From the NCBI GenBank assembly GCA_031289755.1, contig JAITOU010000001.1:3316-67315 (forward strand): a stretch of DNA of 64,000 nt. Reading direction: 5' to 3'. The notes under the pieces are model-generated. The model was not told where the DNA came from and made no database searches. It saw nothing but the letters and a program-made list of their open reading frames with translations. Shown one piece after another: positions 28,906 through 38,514 of this stretch. How positions within the stretch are numbered: the stretch's first letter is position 1; each line of letters begins with the position of its first letter. The position numbers and the translations under genes are program-made. Origin of the DNA: Clostridiales bacterium. GTDB lineage: Bacteria; Bacillota; Clostridia; Christensenellales; JAISNN01.

Positions 28906-29787
28906 TTAAAGCGATATGATTTCTTTCAACACTTCCGGCACAAACCGTGCCGTATCCGTCGGCAAAACGCCGTATTGAGTAAAGCTCTCCTTTGCCTTTA
29001 AAGCCGCGCTGCCGGCTATAAATGCCCCTGCGGCGGCGGATATGAGCGGCTCTCGTCCTTGCGCCAAAAGGCCGCCGATGATTCCGGCGAGCAAATCGCC
29101 GCTTCCGCCCTTAGCCATACAAGGGTCGCCGGCGGTATTCAAAAAAATTTTTTCGCCGTCGGTGACGACGGTGTCCGCTCCCTTTAAAAGCACAATAATC
29201 CCGTACTCCTTAGCAAAATCCTTTGCCGTATCTACGGGGTTTTTTAAAACGCCGGAGATTTCTACGCCGCATAGCCGCGCCATTTCTCCGGCGTGCGGAG
29301 TGACGAGTATTTTTCGGTTTTTGAAAGCACGCAAATATTGTTTGTTGTCCGCGAGAAAATTTAAAGCGTCGGCGTCGAGCAATACGGGAATACCCGACAC
29401 GGTAAGGTATTCGGTAATAATTCCGGCATCGGGACACTTCCCCAACCCCATGCCAAAGCACGCCGCAGTAATATCCTTTGTCAGGATATCAAATTCCGAT
29501 GCGTCGAAGCTTATAAATCCGTCTGCCGATTTTAAAGGAAAGACCGTGCTTTCAGTCACTCTGCCGTACACGGCTTGGCATAAAAAATCGGGAACGGCTA
29601 ATACGTTCAGCCCCGCTCCCGTGCGCAATGCCGCCGCGCCGCATTCGGCTATAAGGGGCGCGCCGACATAATACTTACAGCCGCCTATCACGGCAAGCTT
29701 GCCGTAATCCTTTTTGTGAGTGTCGCGGCCGCGCTCCGCAAAAAGCCCTTTCAGCATTTTGCCCGTAACAATTTGCGTATCTGCCAT
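28906..29787 (-). CDS. nnrD: ADP-dependent NAD(P)H-hydrate dehydratase
   Basis: THKKDYG, LDADAL, TPHAGEMARL, GGSGDLLAG. Confidence 0.93.
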   Translation of the reverse strand: MADTQIVTGKMLKGLFAERGRDTHKKDYGKLAVIGGCKYYVGAPLIAECGAAALRTGAGLNVLAVPDFLCQAVYGRVTESTVFPLKSADGFISFDASEFDILTKDITAACFGMGLGKCPDAGIITEYLTVSGIPVLLDADALNFLADNKQYLRAFKNRKILVTPHAGEMARLCGVEISGVLKNPVDTAKDFAKEYGIIVLLKGADTVVTDGEKIFLNTAGDPCMAKGGSGDLLAGIIGGLLAQGREPLISAAAGAFIAGSAALKAKESFTQYGVLPTDTARFVPEVLKEIISL

Positions 29788-29798
29788 ACTCAATTCCC

Positions 29799-30686
29799 TT
29801 ATGCTTCAAAAGCCGACAGAACGGCTCTCGCCATGCACTCGACCGCCGCCGCGCATATTTGAGCAAACTCGCCCTGCTTCTCGCCGCTCGCCATGACAAA
29901 GACAGTGTCGCCGTCAAAGACGGTATGCACGGGTCTTATCGTCAGAGCGTAAGCGTCGTGAGCGATATCCGCAAGCTTATTTGCCTGTGCCTTTGTCAAT
30001 ACCGCGTCCGTCAGGATACAGCCTATCGTCGTATTTTTCCCGGACAAAGACTCCGAGTCGAATGCGCCCTCCGTCATCATCTTTACCGTATCGATATATT
30101 GTCCGCCGGCTTTTGCTCCGGCTATTATTTCGCCCTTCAAATTGTAGATATCGCCCATCGCGTTGACGGCTACGACCGCCGTAACCTCTATGTCTCCGAC
30201 CTTAGCCGTATACAAGCCCAGACCGCCCTTAGCCGCCGACGCCGCGCCGAGTATCTTGCCGACGGTCGCGCCCGTTCCCGCTCCCACCGAGCCTTTTATA
30301 AAATTATCCGCCGAAGCGTTTTTTGCGGCGAGATAGCCCGCGTTCTTGTCGGGGTATGCAAAATCCTTGTATTCCAAATCATACAAAACCGCGCCGCAAA
30401 CTATCGGCACTTTGTAGCGTCCGGCGGTAAAGCCGAAGCCGTTTTCTCTCAAATATTCCATAACTCCCGAACAGCTGTCTAATCCGAACGCGCTTCCGCC
30501 CGAAAGGACGACCGCGTTGATTTTTTCTACGGTGTTTTCGCTCTTTAACAAATCGGTTTCTCTCGTGCCGGGCGCAGCCCCCCTGACAGACACGCCGCCC
30601 GTCGCCCCGTCCTTTGCCAAAATCACCGTCACACCCGTTCCCTTGCCGGCGTCCGCCGAATGTCCTATCAAAAATTTATCGGTCAT
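29799..30686 (-). CDS. P1/S58 (DmpA-like) peptidase
   Basis: VRGAAPGTRETDLL, LSGGSAFGL, NTTIG, DGDTVF. Confidence 0.92.
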   Translation of the reverse strand: MTDKFLIGHSADAGKGTGVTVILAKDGATGGVSVRGAAPGTRETDLLKSENTVEKINAVVLSGGSAFGLDSCSGVMEYLRENGFGFTAGRYKVPIVCGAVLYDLEYKDFAYPDKNAGYLAAKNASADNFIKGSVGAGTGATVGKILGAASAAKGGLGLYTAKVGDIEVTAVVAVNAMGDIYNLKGEIIAGAKAGGQYIDTVKMMTEGAFDSESLSGKNTTIGCILTDAVLTKAQANKLADIAHDAYALTIRPVHTVFDGDTVFVMASGEKQGEFAQICAAAVECMARAVLSAFEA

Positions 30687-30746
30687 AATTTCATTTCTCT
30701 CCGTCGAATATTTTTATTTATATAAGCTTTGAATAATGCGCTACCT

Positions 30747-30774
30747 ACGGGCTGATATGGAATCCGCCCATACA
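30747..30774 (-). repeat. REP-like palindrome
   Basis: Minus strand TGTATGGGCGGATTCCATATCAGCCCGT; related degenerate copy at 8451-8478. Confidence 0.6.
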
Positions 30775-30783
30775 ATCGGCTTT

Positions 30784-31428
30784 TTAATAATCGCCGTTTT
30801 CTTCGTCAAATTCTCCGTCACTATCCGCGCTGATTTTTTCAAAGGCGGCTTTGACCGAAGCGTATGTGCAGCCTTTGGACAAGAGAAAGCGCATGGCTTT
30901 GTTTTTTGTTTTCATATCCGTTATGCTGCCGCCTTTTAAATGCTTTTCCAAAAGGCGAAAGGCAACCTGTGCATCGTCCGCGCCGTCTAATAAATCCGCG
31001 ATAATATTCTTGTCTACTCCCTTGCCTTGCAAATCGTGTTTCAGTTTGAGAACGCCGCTTTTTTGTCCGTAAACGGAGATGTACTGCGCCGCATAATCCG
31101 CGTCGTTTATATATCCGTATTCCTTACCGCGCTCCGCCGCATACTCGATGGCTTCGGGTATATATATCTTTTTTTCCAAATATTCCTTGGCTTGTTTTTC
31201 GGTCAGTCTTTTTCGCGACAAGACCTTAAAAAGGTCGGTCAAGGCTCTTTTCTTTTCATCTTCGGTCACTGCGTCCTTTAAGTCGGCGGACGATATCTCG
31301 CTTCCCGGCTTTAACCGCCGCAATACCACCGTTTCGCAGGAAAGACCGCAGACAAATTCTCCGTCTATAAATACGTTTGCACGCTGTTTGTTTTTCTTTT
31401 GAACCTCGATTTTTGTAATTTCACCCAT
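30784..31428 (-). CDS. recX: Regulatory protein RecX
   Basis: ITKIEVQKKNKQRANVFIDG, GYINDADYA, DLQGKGV, FLLSKG. Confidence 0.9.
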   Translation of the reverse strand: MGEITKIEVQKKNKQRANVFIDGEFVCGLSCETVVLRRLKPGSEISSADLKDAVTEDEKKRALTDLFKVLSRKRLTEKQAKEYLEKKIYIPEAIEYAAERGKEYGYINDADYAAQYISVYGQKSGVLKLKHDLQGKGVDKNIIADLLDGADDAQVAFRLLEKHLKGGSITDMKTKNKAMRFLLSKGCTYASVKAAFEKISADSDGEFDEENGDY

Positions 31429-31755
31429 AGCGTGATTATTATACCATATTTTGCAGCCAAAGACAATCGGTTATTTCCGTAGGAGCGGCTATTTAGCAAG
31501 TTATACAAAATTCATAATACCGAGCGGTATGTCTCGGAATTGATGTAAATGTCGGTCGGTCGGCTCAGTTTTATGGATAACGGGAACACCGTTATGTTGC
31601 TTGTATTCTCCAAATTTATTGTGAGCTTGCAAGTGTCATTAAGTTTTCGCAAGGCGACGCGATTACGCTTTTTTAATCGTTGTGCCGTCGGGGCTTGCAT
31701 TGTCGAATAAAATGTGTTAATATTATCGTATAGCGGCATAAAAGGAACGTTTGAA

Positions 31756-33288
31756 ATGAAGATTTTTAAGAAAATATATCAAATATTTGCGGCTTTATGT
31801 GTCTTTTCGGTCTTCGGTGGACTGACGGCACTCTGTATTTACGCCGGCGAAGTCCGTCTTATCATCGACGAAGACACTGAATATGAGGCAATCGAGGGCT
31901 TTGGGGTGAGCGCGGCGTGGTGGGCGAAGTATTTCGGAAACAGCGGTGCGGTCGTCGACGGCGAGCCTGTGTCCGACTATGTCGCTCGGATGCTTTACAA
32001 CGAAGAAAGCGGAATAGGATTAGACACTTACCGCTATAATATCGGCGCGGGCTCTAAGGACCAGCCGGGGGTGAGCTTTTCCGAAACGCGCCAAACGGAG
32101 AGTTTTTATTATTTCGACGCGTCATTGGGGAAATATACCTATGATTTTTCGCGTGACGCCGCTTCTATGAGTATGCTGGACGCCGCGGTGCGTCAAAATC
32201 CCAAATTGGGTATAGTGTTGTTTTCAAACAGCCCGCACTTTTCTATGACAAAAAACGGCTCCGCGTCCGGCGATTTGGCAGGAAAATCCAATCTGTCTCC
32301 GGATAAATTCGGCGAATATGCAAATTATTTGGTTACGATAACCAAACATTTTATAGATTCCGGTTACAATATCATCGGACTTAGTCCTATCAACGAGCCG
32401 CAATGGAAATGGGGGCGTGAGGGCAATATTCATCAGGAAGGCTGCCATTACGAGCCGAAAGAGGCACTGAACTTGAGCATTGTAGTAGCGGAAAAGATGA
32501 AAGCAGCCGGCATTGACTTCGGCAAAACAAAACTCGTGTTTTTGGAAGACGGGCGCGTGGGACATACTAAAGGGATTTCGCTCTACCGCAACGCGCTTGC
32601 GGAAAATTTATTTCTCCGCGAGGCTACCGGTAATATCTATACCGCTCATTCATATGCCTACGATTTTAGAATGGGATTAAAAACGCTGGCGGAATACCGC
32701 GCAAGGGCAAAGGATAAAAACTTAAAAATAGCGTTGTCAGAGTGGTGCGAGCTGCCGTCGGTAACGGACAGCAGAAGCACGCAGGCGGGGCTGAATCTTC
32801 TACGCGTCATGCAATCGGATTTTGATATCTATAAACCGATAAGCTGGGAAGCGTGGGTCGCCGTAAACGAGTGGGGCGATTACCGCGGCGAGCCGCGCGG
32901 AGACGGCTTTTTTGTCGCCGATTTTGCCGACCTTTCCACAATTACGACGAGCGGCAGATTTTACGCGATGGGGCATTTCTCAAAATTTGTCAATCCCGGC
33001 GATATTCATATCAAGTCGCATATTACCAATCCGATAAAATCGGACGAACTTTACTCCACTGCGTTCAAAACCGCCGCCGGTACTGTCGTCATCATTTCAA
33101 ATAATACCGGAAGACGCGTCAATATCAAATTTCCGACAAATTATTCTAATATAACGGTATATAAAACGGACGGTGTTTTGCAGCTCGATACGGTTTATTC
33201 GGGCGGGCTGAACGCATATCTCTCTATGGGCGAAGGCTATAAATTCGAGGCGGATTCCAAGTCTATCTATACTATTATATTAAATTAA
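31756..33288 (+). CDS. Secreted glycoside hydrolase family 30
   Basis: Signal peptide; EGFGVS, RYNIG, SPINEP acid/base, LSEW nucleophile, GHFSKFV. Confidence 0.88.
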   Translation: MKIFKKIYQIFAALCVFSVFGGLTALCIYAGEVRLIIDEDTEYEAIEGFGVSAAWWAKYFGNSGAVVDGEPVSDYVARMLYNEESGIGLDTYRYNIGAGSKDQPGVSFSETRQTESFYYFDASLGKYTYDFSRDAASMSMLDAAVRQNPKLGIVLFSNSPHFSMTKNGSASGDLAGKSNLSPDKFGEYANYLVTITKHFIDSGYNIIGLSPINEPQWKWGREGNIHQEGCHYEPKEALNLSIVVAEKMKAAGIDFGKTKLVFLEDGRVGHTKGISLYRNALAENLFLREATGNIYTAHSYAYDFRMGLKTLAEYRARAKDKNLKIALSEWCELPSVTDSRSTQAGLNLLRVMQSDFDIYKPISWEAWVAVNEWGDYRGEPRGDGFFVADFADLSTITTSGRFYAMGHFSKFVNPGDIHIKSHITNPIKSDELYSTAFKTAAGTVVIISNNTGRRVNIKFPTNYSNITVYKTDGVLQLDTVYSGGLNAYLSMGEGYKFEADSKSIYTIILN

Positions 33289-33458
33289 CGACTATGGCGT
33301 GTTCACATAAAACTGTAATAGTTCAACGATAAAAGCATATCTTTTTTTATCTCTTCTATGTCTTTCATTATATCATATTGCTTTTTAAATCTCCGCTCCT
33401 TTTCCGTCCGCTCGAACCGTACCCGACGAACAATTTCAGCGCGTACAAACGACAAAAA

Positions 33459-33516
33459 TGTGGATAACTTCACCGATTTATCCACATTTTACCGACAAAT
33501 CGATATCTTATCCACA
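33459..33516. promoter_or_regulatory. Three perfect DnaA boxes
   Basis: TGTGGATAA 33459-33467; TTATCCACA 33478-33486 and 33508-33516. Confidence 0.8.
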
Positions 33517-33646
33517 TTTTTTTGCAATCCGTTAAAAAATTATCACTAAGTAAACAACTCACTCATACAGAGTAATAGCTTAAAATTTTATCTGATTTGT
33601 GCGGTATTTTCCCGATTAATCATGACGCTTAAAGCCGCAAAGGTCT

Positions 33647-34852
33647 TTATCGGGCTTTTAGTCTTTCGGCGACGGCTTTCATAAACGTCTCTCCCGAAAC
33701 GCCTTTCGCCGTAATTCCGTCTTTTTTAAAAAGCGAAACAAGGTCGTTTGTCATGACGCCGCTCTCAATGGTCGCGCAGGTCGCCGCTTCTAAGCTTTCC
33801 GCAAAGGCGGTCAATTCCTTGATTCCGTCTAATTCCCCTATTTTTTTGAGCGCGCCCGTCCAGGCAAAGATTGTCGCGACGGGATTTGTCGAAGTGGTTT
33901 CGCCCCTTAAATATTTGTAGTAATGCCTTGTGACCGTGCCGTGCGCCGCTTCGTACTCAAAGCCGTTCTCCGACACGAGAACCGAAGTCATCATGGCAAG
34001 CGAACCGAAGACCGTAGACACCATATCGCTCATCACGTCGCCGTCATAATTTTTGCACGCCCATATAAAGCCGCCGGAGCTTCTCATCACTCTCGCCACA
34101 ACGTCGTCTATCAAGCCGTAAAAATATACTATGCCGGCTTGCTCAAATTTGTCCTTGTATTTTTCGTTATAGACCCGATTAAAAATATCCTTAAATCTGC
34201 CGTCGTAGGTCTTGCTTATCGTATCCTTTGTGCCGAACCAAAGGTCTTTTTTCTTTTCGAGAGCAAAGGCAAAGCAGTTTTCCGCAAAGCTTTTGATACT
34301 GCCGTCGAGATTGTGCATTGTCAGCAAGACGCCCGATTCTTTAAAGGACATTATTTCGGTTTTTACATCGCTGCCGTTGCCCGATATGACCACCGAAACC
34401 TTTTCGCCGCTTTTGACATCAAATTCGACGTCCTTGTAGATGTCGCCGTAAGCGTGTCTTGCTATGATTATCGGCTCTTTCCAGCCCTGCACTATCGGTT
34501 TGATCCCGTCGACTATGACAGGCTCTCTAAATACCGTTCCGTCCAAAATCGCCCTTATCGTACCGTTCGGGCTTTTCCACATTTTTTTGAGCTTGTATTC
34601 GGCGACGCGCTCGGCATTCGGAGTGATAGTTGCGCATTTTACACCGACCTTATACTTCTTTATCGCGTCCGCCGCATCGAGCGTCACTTGGTCGTCGGTA
34701 TCGTCGCGAGCTTTAAGACCTAAGTCATAATACTCGGTTTTCAAATCGACAAAAGGAAGCAAGAGTATATCCTTGATTTGCTTCCAAAGCACTCTCGTCA
34801 TCTCGTCGCCGTCCATTTCGACGATAGGATTTTTCATCTTGATTTTACTCAT
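33647..34852 (-). CDS. icd: NADP-dependent isocitrate dehydrogenase
   Basis: VEMDGDEMTR, KCATITP, WKSPNGTIR, CKNYDGD, EAAHGTVTRHY. Confidence 0.97.
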   Translation of the reverse strand: MSKIKMKNPIVEMDGDEMTRVLWKQIKDILLLPFVDLKTEYYDLGLKARDDTDDQVTLDAADAIKKYKVGVKCATITPNAERVAEYKLKKMWKSPNGTIRAILDGTVFREPVIVDGIKPIVQGWKEPIIIARHAYGDIYKDVEFDVKSGEKVSVVISGNGSDVKTEIMSFKESGVLLTMHNLDGSIKSFAENCFAFALEKKKDLWFGTKDTISKTYDGRFKDIFNRVYNEKYKDKFEQAGIVYFYGLIDDVVARVMRSSGGFIWACKNYDGDVMSDMVSTVFGSLAMMTSVLVSENGFEYEAAHGTVTRHYYKYLRGETTSTNPVATIFAWTGALKKIGELDGIKELTAFAESLEAATCATIESGVMTNDLVSLFKKDGITAKGVSGETFMKAVAERLKAR

Positions 34853-34912
34853 AATAACTTTCCTTAAAATTATTTATTTTTATCAATGCAGTAATCTATA
34901 CGGCGCGGCTTT

Positions 34913-36568
34913 TTAAGACAAGCCCCTGATGATTTTGCCGTCGTCGGAGATACTCATTTTGAGATAGCCGGGGCTTTTTGACAATGCCGGCATGAGTATC
35001 ATATCTCCGCAGGCGGCTACAACAAAGCCCGCTCCGGCGCGCAATTCTATGCCGTTGACGTGCAGGTCAAAGCATTGCGGCGCGCCCAAAAGCAACGGGT
35101 CGTCCGAAAAAGAATACTGCGTCTTTGCGATACACACGGGTAGTCCGACATAGCCGGAGTGTTCGATATCTTTCAAATCCGCTGCGGCTTTGCCGCTCAA
35201 TACGACGTTTGAAGCCCGATATATTTTGCGTGCGATTTTTGTCAGCTTGACCGTATAGCTATCGTCCAAAGCATAGCAAAAGCTTTGATGCGGATTATCC
35301 GCGTCCGCAAGCTTCGCCACGCCCTTTGCAAGCTCTATGCCCCCGTCGCCGCCCTTCAAAAAACAATCGGCGGCATAGGTCTGCGCCCCTGCTGCGGCGC
35401 AAGCGTCTTTTATTAACTCGATTTCGCTTTGCGTATCGTTTGCAAAACGGTTGAGCGCGACGGCGGCGGGTATTCCAAAGACGTTTTTGATATTCTCTAT
35501 ATGCCGCACAAGGTTTTCGAGACCTTTTTTGAGAGCGGCGGTATTCTCGTTCGAGAGTTCGCAGGCAGGTACGCCGCCGTTCGATTTGAGCGCACGCACC
35601 GTCGCGACTATGACGACGCACGATATAGTAAGTCCGCCTATGCGGCTCTTGATGTCGATAAATTTTTCCGCGCCGAGGTCTGCTCCGAAGCCCGCTTCGG
35701 TGACGACATAGTCGGCGGCTTTCAAGGCTTCCCTTGTCGCTATAAGGCTGTTACAGCCGTGCGCGATGTTGGCAAAAGGTCCGCCGTGTACAAAAGCCGG
35801 AGTACCTTCGAGAGTTTGTACGAGATTGGGCTTGACTGCCTTTGACAGCAATATCGCCATCGCTTCGGCGCATTCCAAATCGCGGCATTTTATCGCTCCG
35901 CCCTTTTTGCCGTAGCCGACGACTATTTCGCCGAGCCGTCTTTTTAGGTCGGCAAAATCCGACGCCAGACACAAGACCGCCATTATCTCGCTCGCGGCGG
36001 TAATATTAAAGCCGTCATGCCTGATATACTTGCTGCCGACGGTGAGCGATATATTTCTCAACGCTCTGTCGTTCATATCGGTACAGCGTTTAAAGATGAT
36101 TCGGTCGGGGTCGAGATTGAGTGCGGTTTCAAAAAAAATGTTGTTGTCTATCGCCGCGCAAAGCAGGTTATTTGCCTTTTCGATAGCGTCAAAGTCGCCC
36201 GTAAATTGCAGATTGATGTCCGACATAGGCGCGATTTGACTGTATCCGCCGCCCGCCGCACCGCCCTTTACTCCAAAAACAGGACCGAGCGACGGCTCTC
36301 TAAGCGCAAGAACGGTTTTTTTGTTTAAGCGGTTCATGGCGTCGGCAAGCCCGATAGATACGGTCGTTTTGCCCTCTCCGCTCTTTGTCGGATTCATCGC
36401 GGTGACCAAAATCAGCTTGCCGAGCTTGCCGCCGTTTGCCGACGGTTCGACCTTAGCGATATATTTTCCGTAATGATACAAACGGCTTTCGGGTATGCCT
36501 ATACTTTCGGCTATTTTGGAAATCGGCTTTAAGGCCGCGCTCTCCGCTATCTCTATATCGCTCAACAT
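34913..36568 (-). CDS. fhs: Formate-tetrahydrofolate ligase
   Basis: GEGKTT, LREPSLGP, VHGGPFANIAHG, TEAGFGADLGAEKF, KTQYSFSD. Confidence 0.97.
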   Translation of the reverse strand: MLSDIEIAESAALKPISKIAESIGIPESRLYHYGKYIAKVEPSANGGKLGKLILVTAMNPTKSGEGKTTVSIGLADAMNRLNKKTVLALREPSLGPVFGVKGGAAGGGYSQIAPMSDINLQFTGDFDAIEKANNLLCAAIDNNIFFETALNLDPDRIIFKRCTDMNDRALRNISLTVGSKYIRHDGFNITAASEIMAVLCLASDFADLKRRLGEIVVGYGKKGGAIKCRDLECAEAMAILLSKAVKPNLVQTLEGTPAFVHGGPFANIAHGCNSLIATREALKAADYVVTEAGFGADLGAEKFIDIKSRIGGLTISCVVIVATVRALKSNGGVPACELSNENTAALKKGLENLVRHIENIKNVFGIPAAVALNRFANDTQSEIELIKDACAAAGAQTYAADCFLKGGDGGIELAKGVAKLADADNPHQSFCYALDDSYTVKLTKIARKIYRASNVVLSGKAAADLKDIEHSGYVGLPVCIAKTQYSFSDDPLLLGAPQCFDLHVNGIELRAGAGFVVAACGDMILMPALSKSPGYLKMSISDDGKIIRGLS

Positions 36569-36689
36569 CAAAAAATTCCCTCTCAAAAAAAGCTTTGGTA
36601 ACGCTCACGCATAAGCGAGTTGCCCTTTCTTCTTAGGGCGTGTGACTCTACGCGCTATCGGTAGTGTCCGCACGCCCTGATTAAATAAA

Positions 36690-36718
36690 AAATGTTTTGA
36701 CGGTAAAATCAAAACATT
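36690..36718 (-). terminator. rplS terminator
   Basis: AATGTTTTGA-loop-TCAAAACATT followed by a T-rich run. Confidence 0.7.
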
Positions 36719-36775
36719 CGGTAGACTTATTACATTTAAAAAATCTGTATAGCTGCAAGAAGTCTATACGGTAAA

Positions 36776-37117
36776 TTATCTTACTTCCTTTATCTTAGCC
36801 GCCTTACCCGTAAGACCTCTCAGATAATACAGCTTAGCGCGTCTGACCTTACCGCGTCTGACAATCTCGACATGGTCGAGCTTAGGCGAATGAAGCGGAA
36901 AGGTTCTCTCTACGCCTATGCCGAATGACATTCTGCGGACGGTAAAGGTTTCCCTTATGCTTCCGTTTCTTTTTGCAATGCAGACGCCTTCGTATGCCTG
37001 CAATCTTTCTCTTGTTCCTTCGACGACCTTAACAAAAACCTTGATAGTGTCGCCTACCTTAAATTCGGGAATGTCCGTTCTCAGACCTTCCTTCTCGATA
37101 ATGTCGATAATGTTCAT
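36776..37117 (-). CDS. rplS: 50S ribosomal protein L19
   Basis: [33 protein letters not shown]. Confidence 0.99.
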   Translation of the reverse strand: MNIIDIIEKEGLRTDIPEFKVGDTIKVFVKVVEGTRERLQAYEGVCIAKRNGSIRETFTVRRMSFGIGVERTFPLHSPKLDHVEIVRRGKVRRAKLYYLRGLTGKAAKIKEVR

Positions 37118-37140
37118 ATAAAATTCCTCCGTTCAAAAAA

Positions 37141-37176
37141 CGGCGTTCATGCGCGACAAAACACAGCGGACCGCCG
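37141..37176 (-). ncRNA. L19 leader RNA
   Basis: CGGCGGTCCGCTG...GCATGAACGCCG hairpin just upstream of the rplS SD, like the Firmicute L19 leader. Confidence 0.75.
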
Positions 37177-37327
37177 AAAGTCGATAATCATAATAACACA
37201 TCTATGTTATTTTTGCAACCGAAATCAAGGTGATACGCAAAAAAAGTTTTTTCATTTGCACGGTGTTGCAAAGCGTTTTCTGCCTAATTCGTCGGGCGAA
37301 TTAGGCAGATAAAGAGCTTAATAGGCA

Positions 37328-38254
37328 TTATTGGCTAAAATATGTCCTGAAAATAATAGCAATATTTATTATCCATATAACGATATTTATTATCCATATG
37401 AGAGTTCTTCTCTTCAAATCGTGGTACTTGTGCCTTTTTACCGTAGCAATAATCAATAGAACAACAGCAGCTATTATTGAAATTAGCATCGTCAATAGCG
37501 AAAAGGACAAATCAGACAAATCAGACCCATCAAAACCGTTAAGACGAGTAAAAAAGATAATTAGCGCAATAAGAAACGTAAGACACGGAATACAATACGG
37601 CAAACCGCTTATATTGCGTCTTAATTCGTATGTTTTTAGTTTTTTGGCGGCAAGCTCCGCTTTTTCACGTTCCGATTTCGCGGCGTTTTCTTCGGCAATC
37701 GTCTTTTCTTTTACGGCATTTTCTTCGGCAATTCTTATTTCTTCAATTATCTTGTTATTCTCTTCTTCTATCAGTTGTATCTGATTAGCAACGCTTTCAA
37801 GCTCTTCTATTTGAGCGGCGTTAGCAAATTTTATCGCATTCTTATATTCTTTATCGTCTAATATGACATAAAGCTCACATAAGCGGCTATACGTTCCGTT
37901 CGCAAGCTGAATTTTTTTTCTGATTGTAAATTCTTTGAGATTTTTCTTTTTATATCTAATCAAAAGATAATATATCCACAGCTCGGCGCATTCCGCGTTG
38001 ATATCGCTTACCTTATCGCAGGTTATTTTTGCGCCGTCAAAATCTCCGTTCTCGATTTGCAGCTTTGCTTTCTTTAAAAGCGCGGCTTCGTTCGTGCCGG
38101 AAGCATTCGTTTTTTCTTTCGTGACATTTTTGAGCTTTTCGGCGTCATCTACGACATAAACGTTAAGACAATACGGACATTCCGCCGTGTTTCCCGACTT
38201 CGACACCGATAGCTGCGCGCCGCAAGTGGCGCAAGTGAATTTTTTGGCTTCCAT
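37328..38254 (-). CDS. Zn-ribbon + TPR-like/coiled-coil + 3-TM membrane protein
   Basis: CATCGA...CPYC; helical repeat LLKKAKLQIENGDFDGA...; IAEENA repeats; three C-terminal TMs; AT-rich. Confidence 0.8.
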   Translation of the reverse strand: MEAKKFTCATCGAQLSVSKSGNTAECPYCLNVYVVDDAEKLKNVTKEKTNASGTNEAALLKKAKLQIENGDFDGAKITCDKVSDINAECAELWIYYLLIRYKKKNLKEFTIRKKIQLANGTYSRLCELYVILDDKEYKNAIKFANAAQIEELESVANQIQLIEEENNKIIEEIRIAEENAVKEKTIAEENAAKSEREKAELAAKKLKTYELRRNISGLPYCIPCLTFLIALIIFFTRLNGFDGSDLSDLSFSLLTMLISIIAAVVLLIIATVKRHKYHDLKRRTLIWIINIVIWIINIAIIFRTYFSQ

Positions 38255-38297
38255 TTTTTTGCTTTTTCCTATATATTATTTTTTTACATTTTTTTAT

Positions 38298-38347
38298 AAC
38301 AAAAAAAACAACTCCGTTATCTCATATAAGTGAAAGTCCGGAATTGC
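38298..38347 (-). terminator. Attenuator-type intrinsic terminator upstream of 38254
   Basis: Minus strand GCAATTCCG-N22-CGGAGTTGT followed by T7. Confidence 0.7.
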
Positions 38348-38395
38348 TTTTGTTTTTATATATTAAAAATTGTTTTAACGCATTACAAAATACGG

Positions 38396-38485
38396 CTACA
38401 TAATAGGTGTACCCCCCCCCGATGTAACTTGTATCATATCGCGTTTTTCTTCGTTTTTTTCGTTTATTATCGTCGCTTTTTTCAT
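38396..38485 (-). CDS. Leader peptide containing a G9 tract (29 aa)
   Basis: MKKATIINEKNEEKRDMIQVTSGGGTPIM*; C9 at 38412-38420 on the plus strand. Confidence 0.6.
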   Translation of the reverse strand: MKKATIINEKNEEKRDMIQVTSGGGTPIM

Positions 38486-38514
38486 AAATATCTCTTTTGT
38501 TTTTTTATTGATTT

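Noticed and set aside
33459-33516. oriC
   Set aside because: No dnaA/dnaN/gid genes, only three boxes, and no change in gene orientation.
36590-36682. THF or ZTP riboswitch before fhs
   Set aside because: The core motifs I recall for these aptamers are absent.
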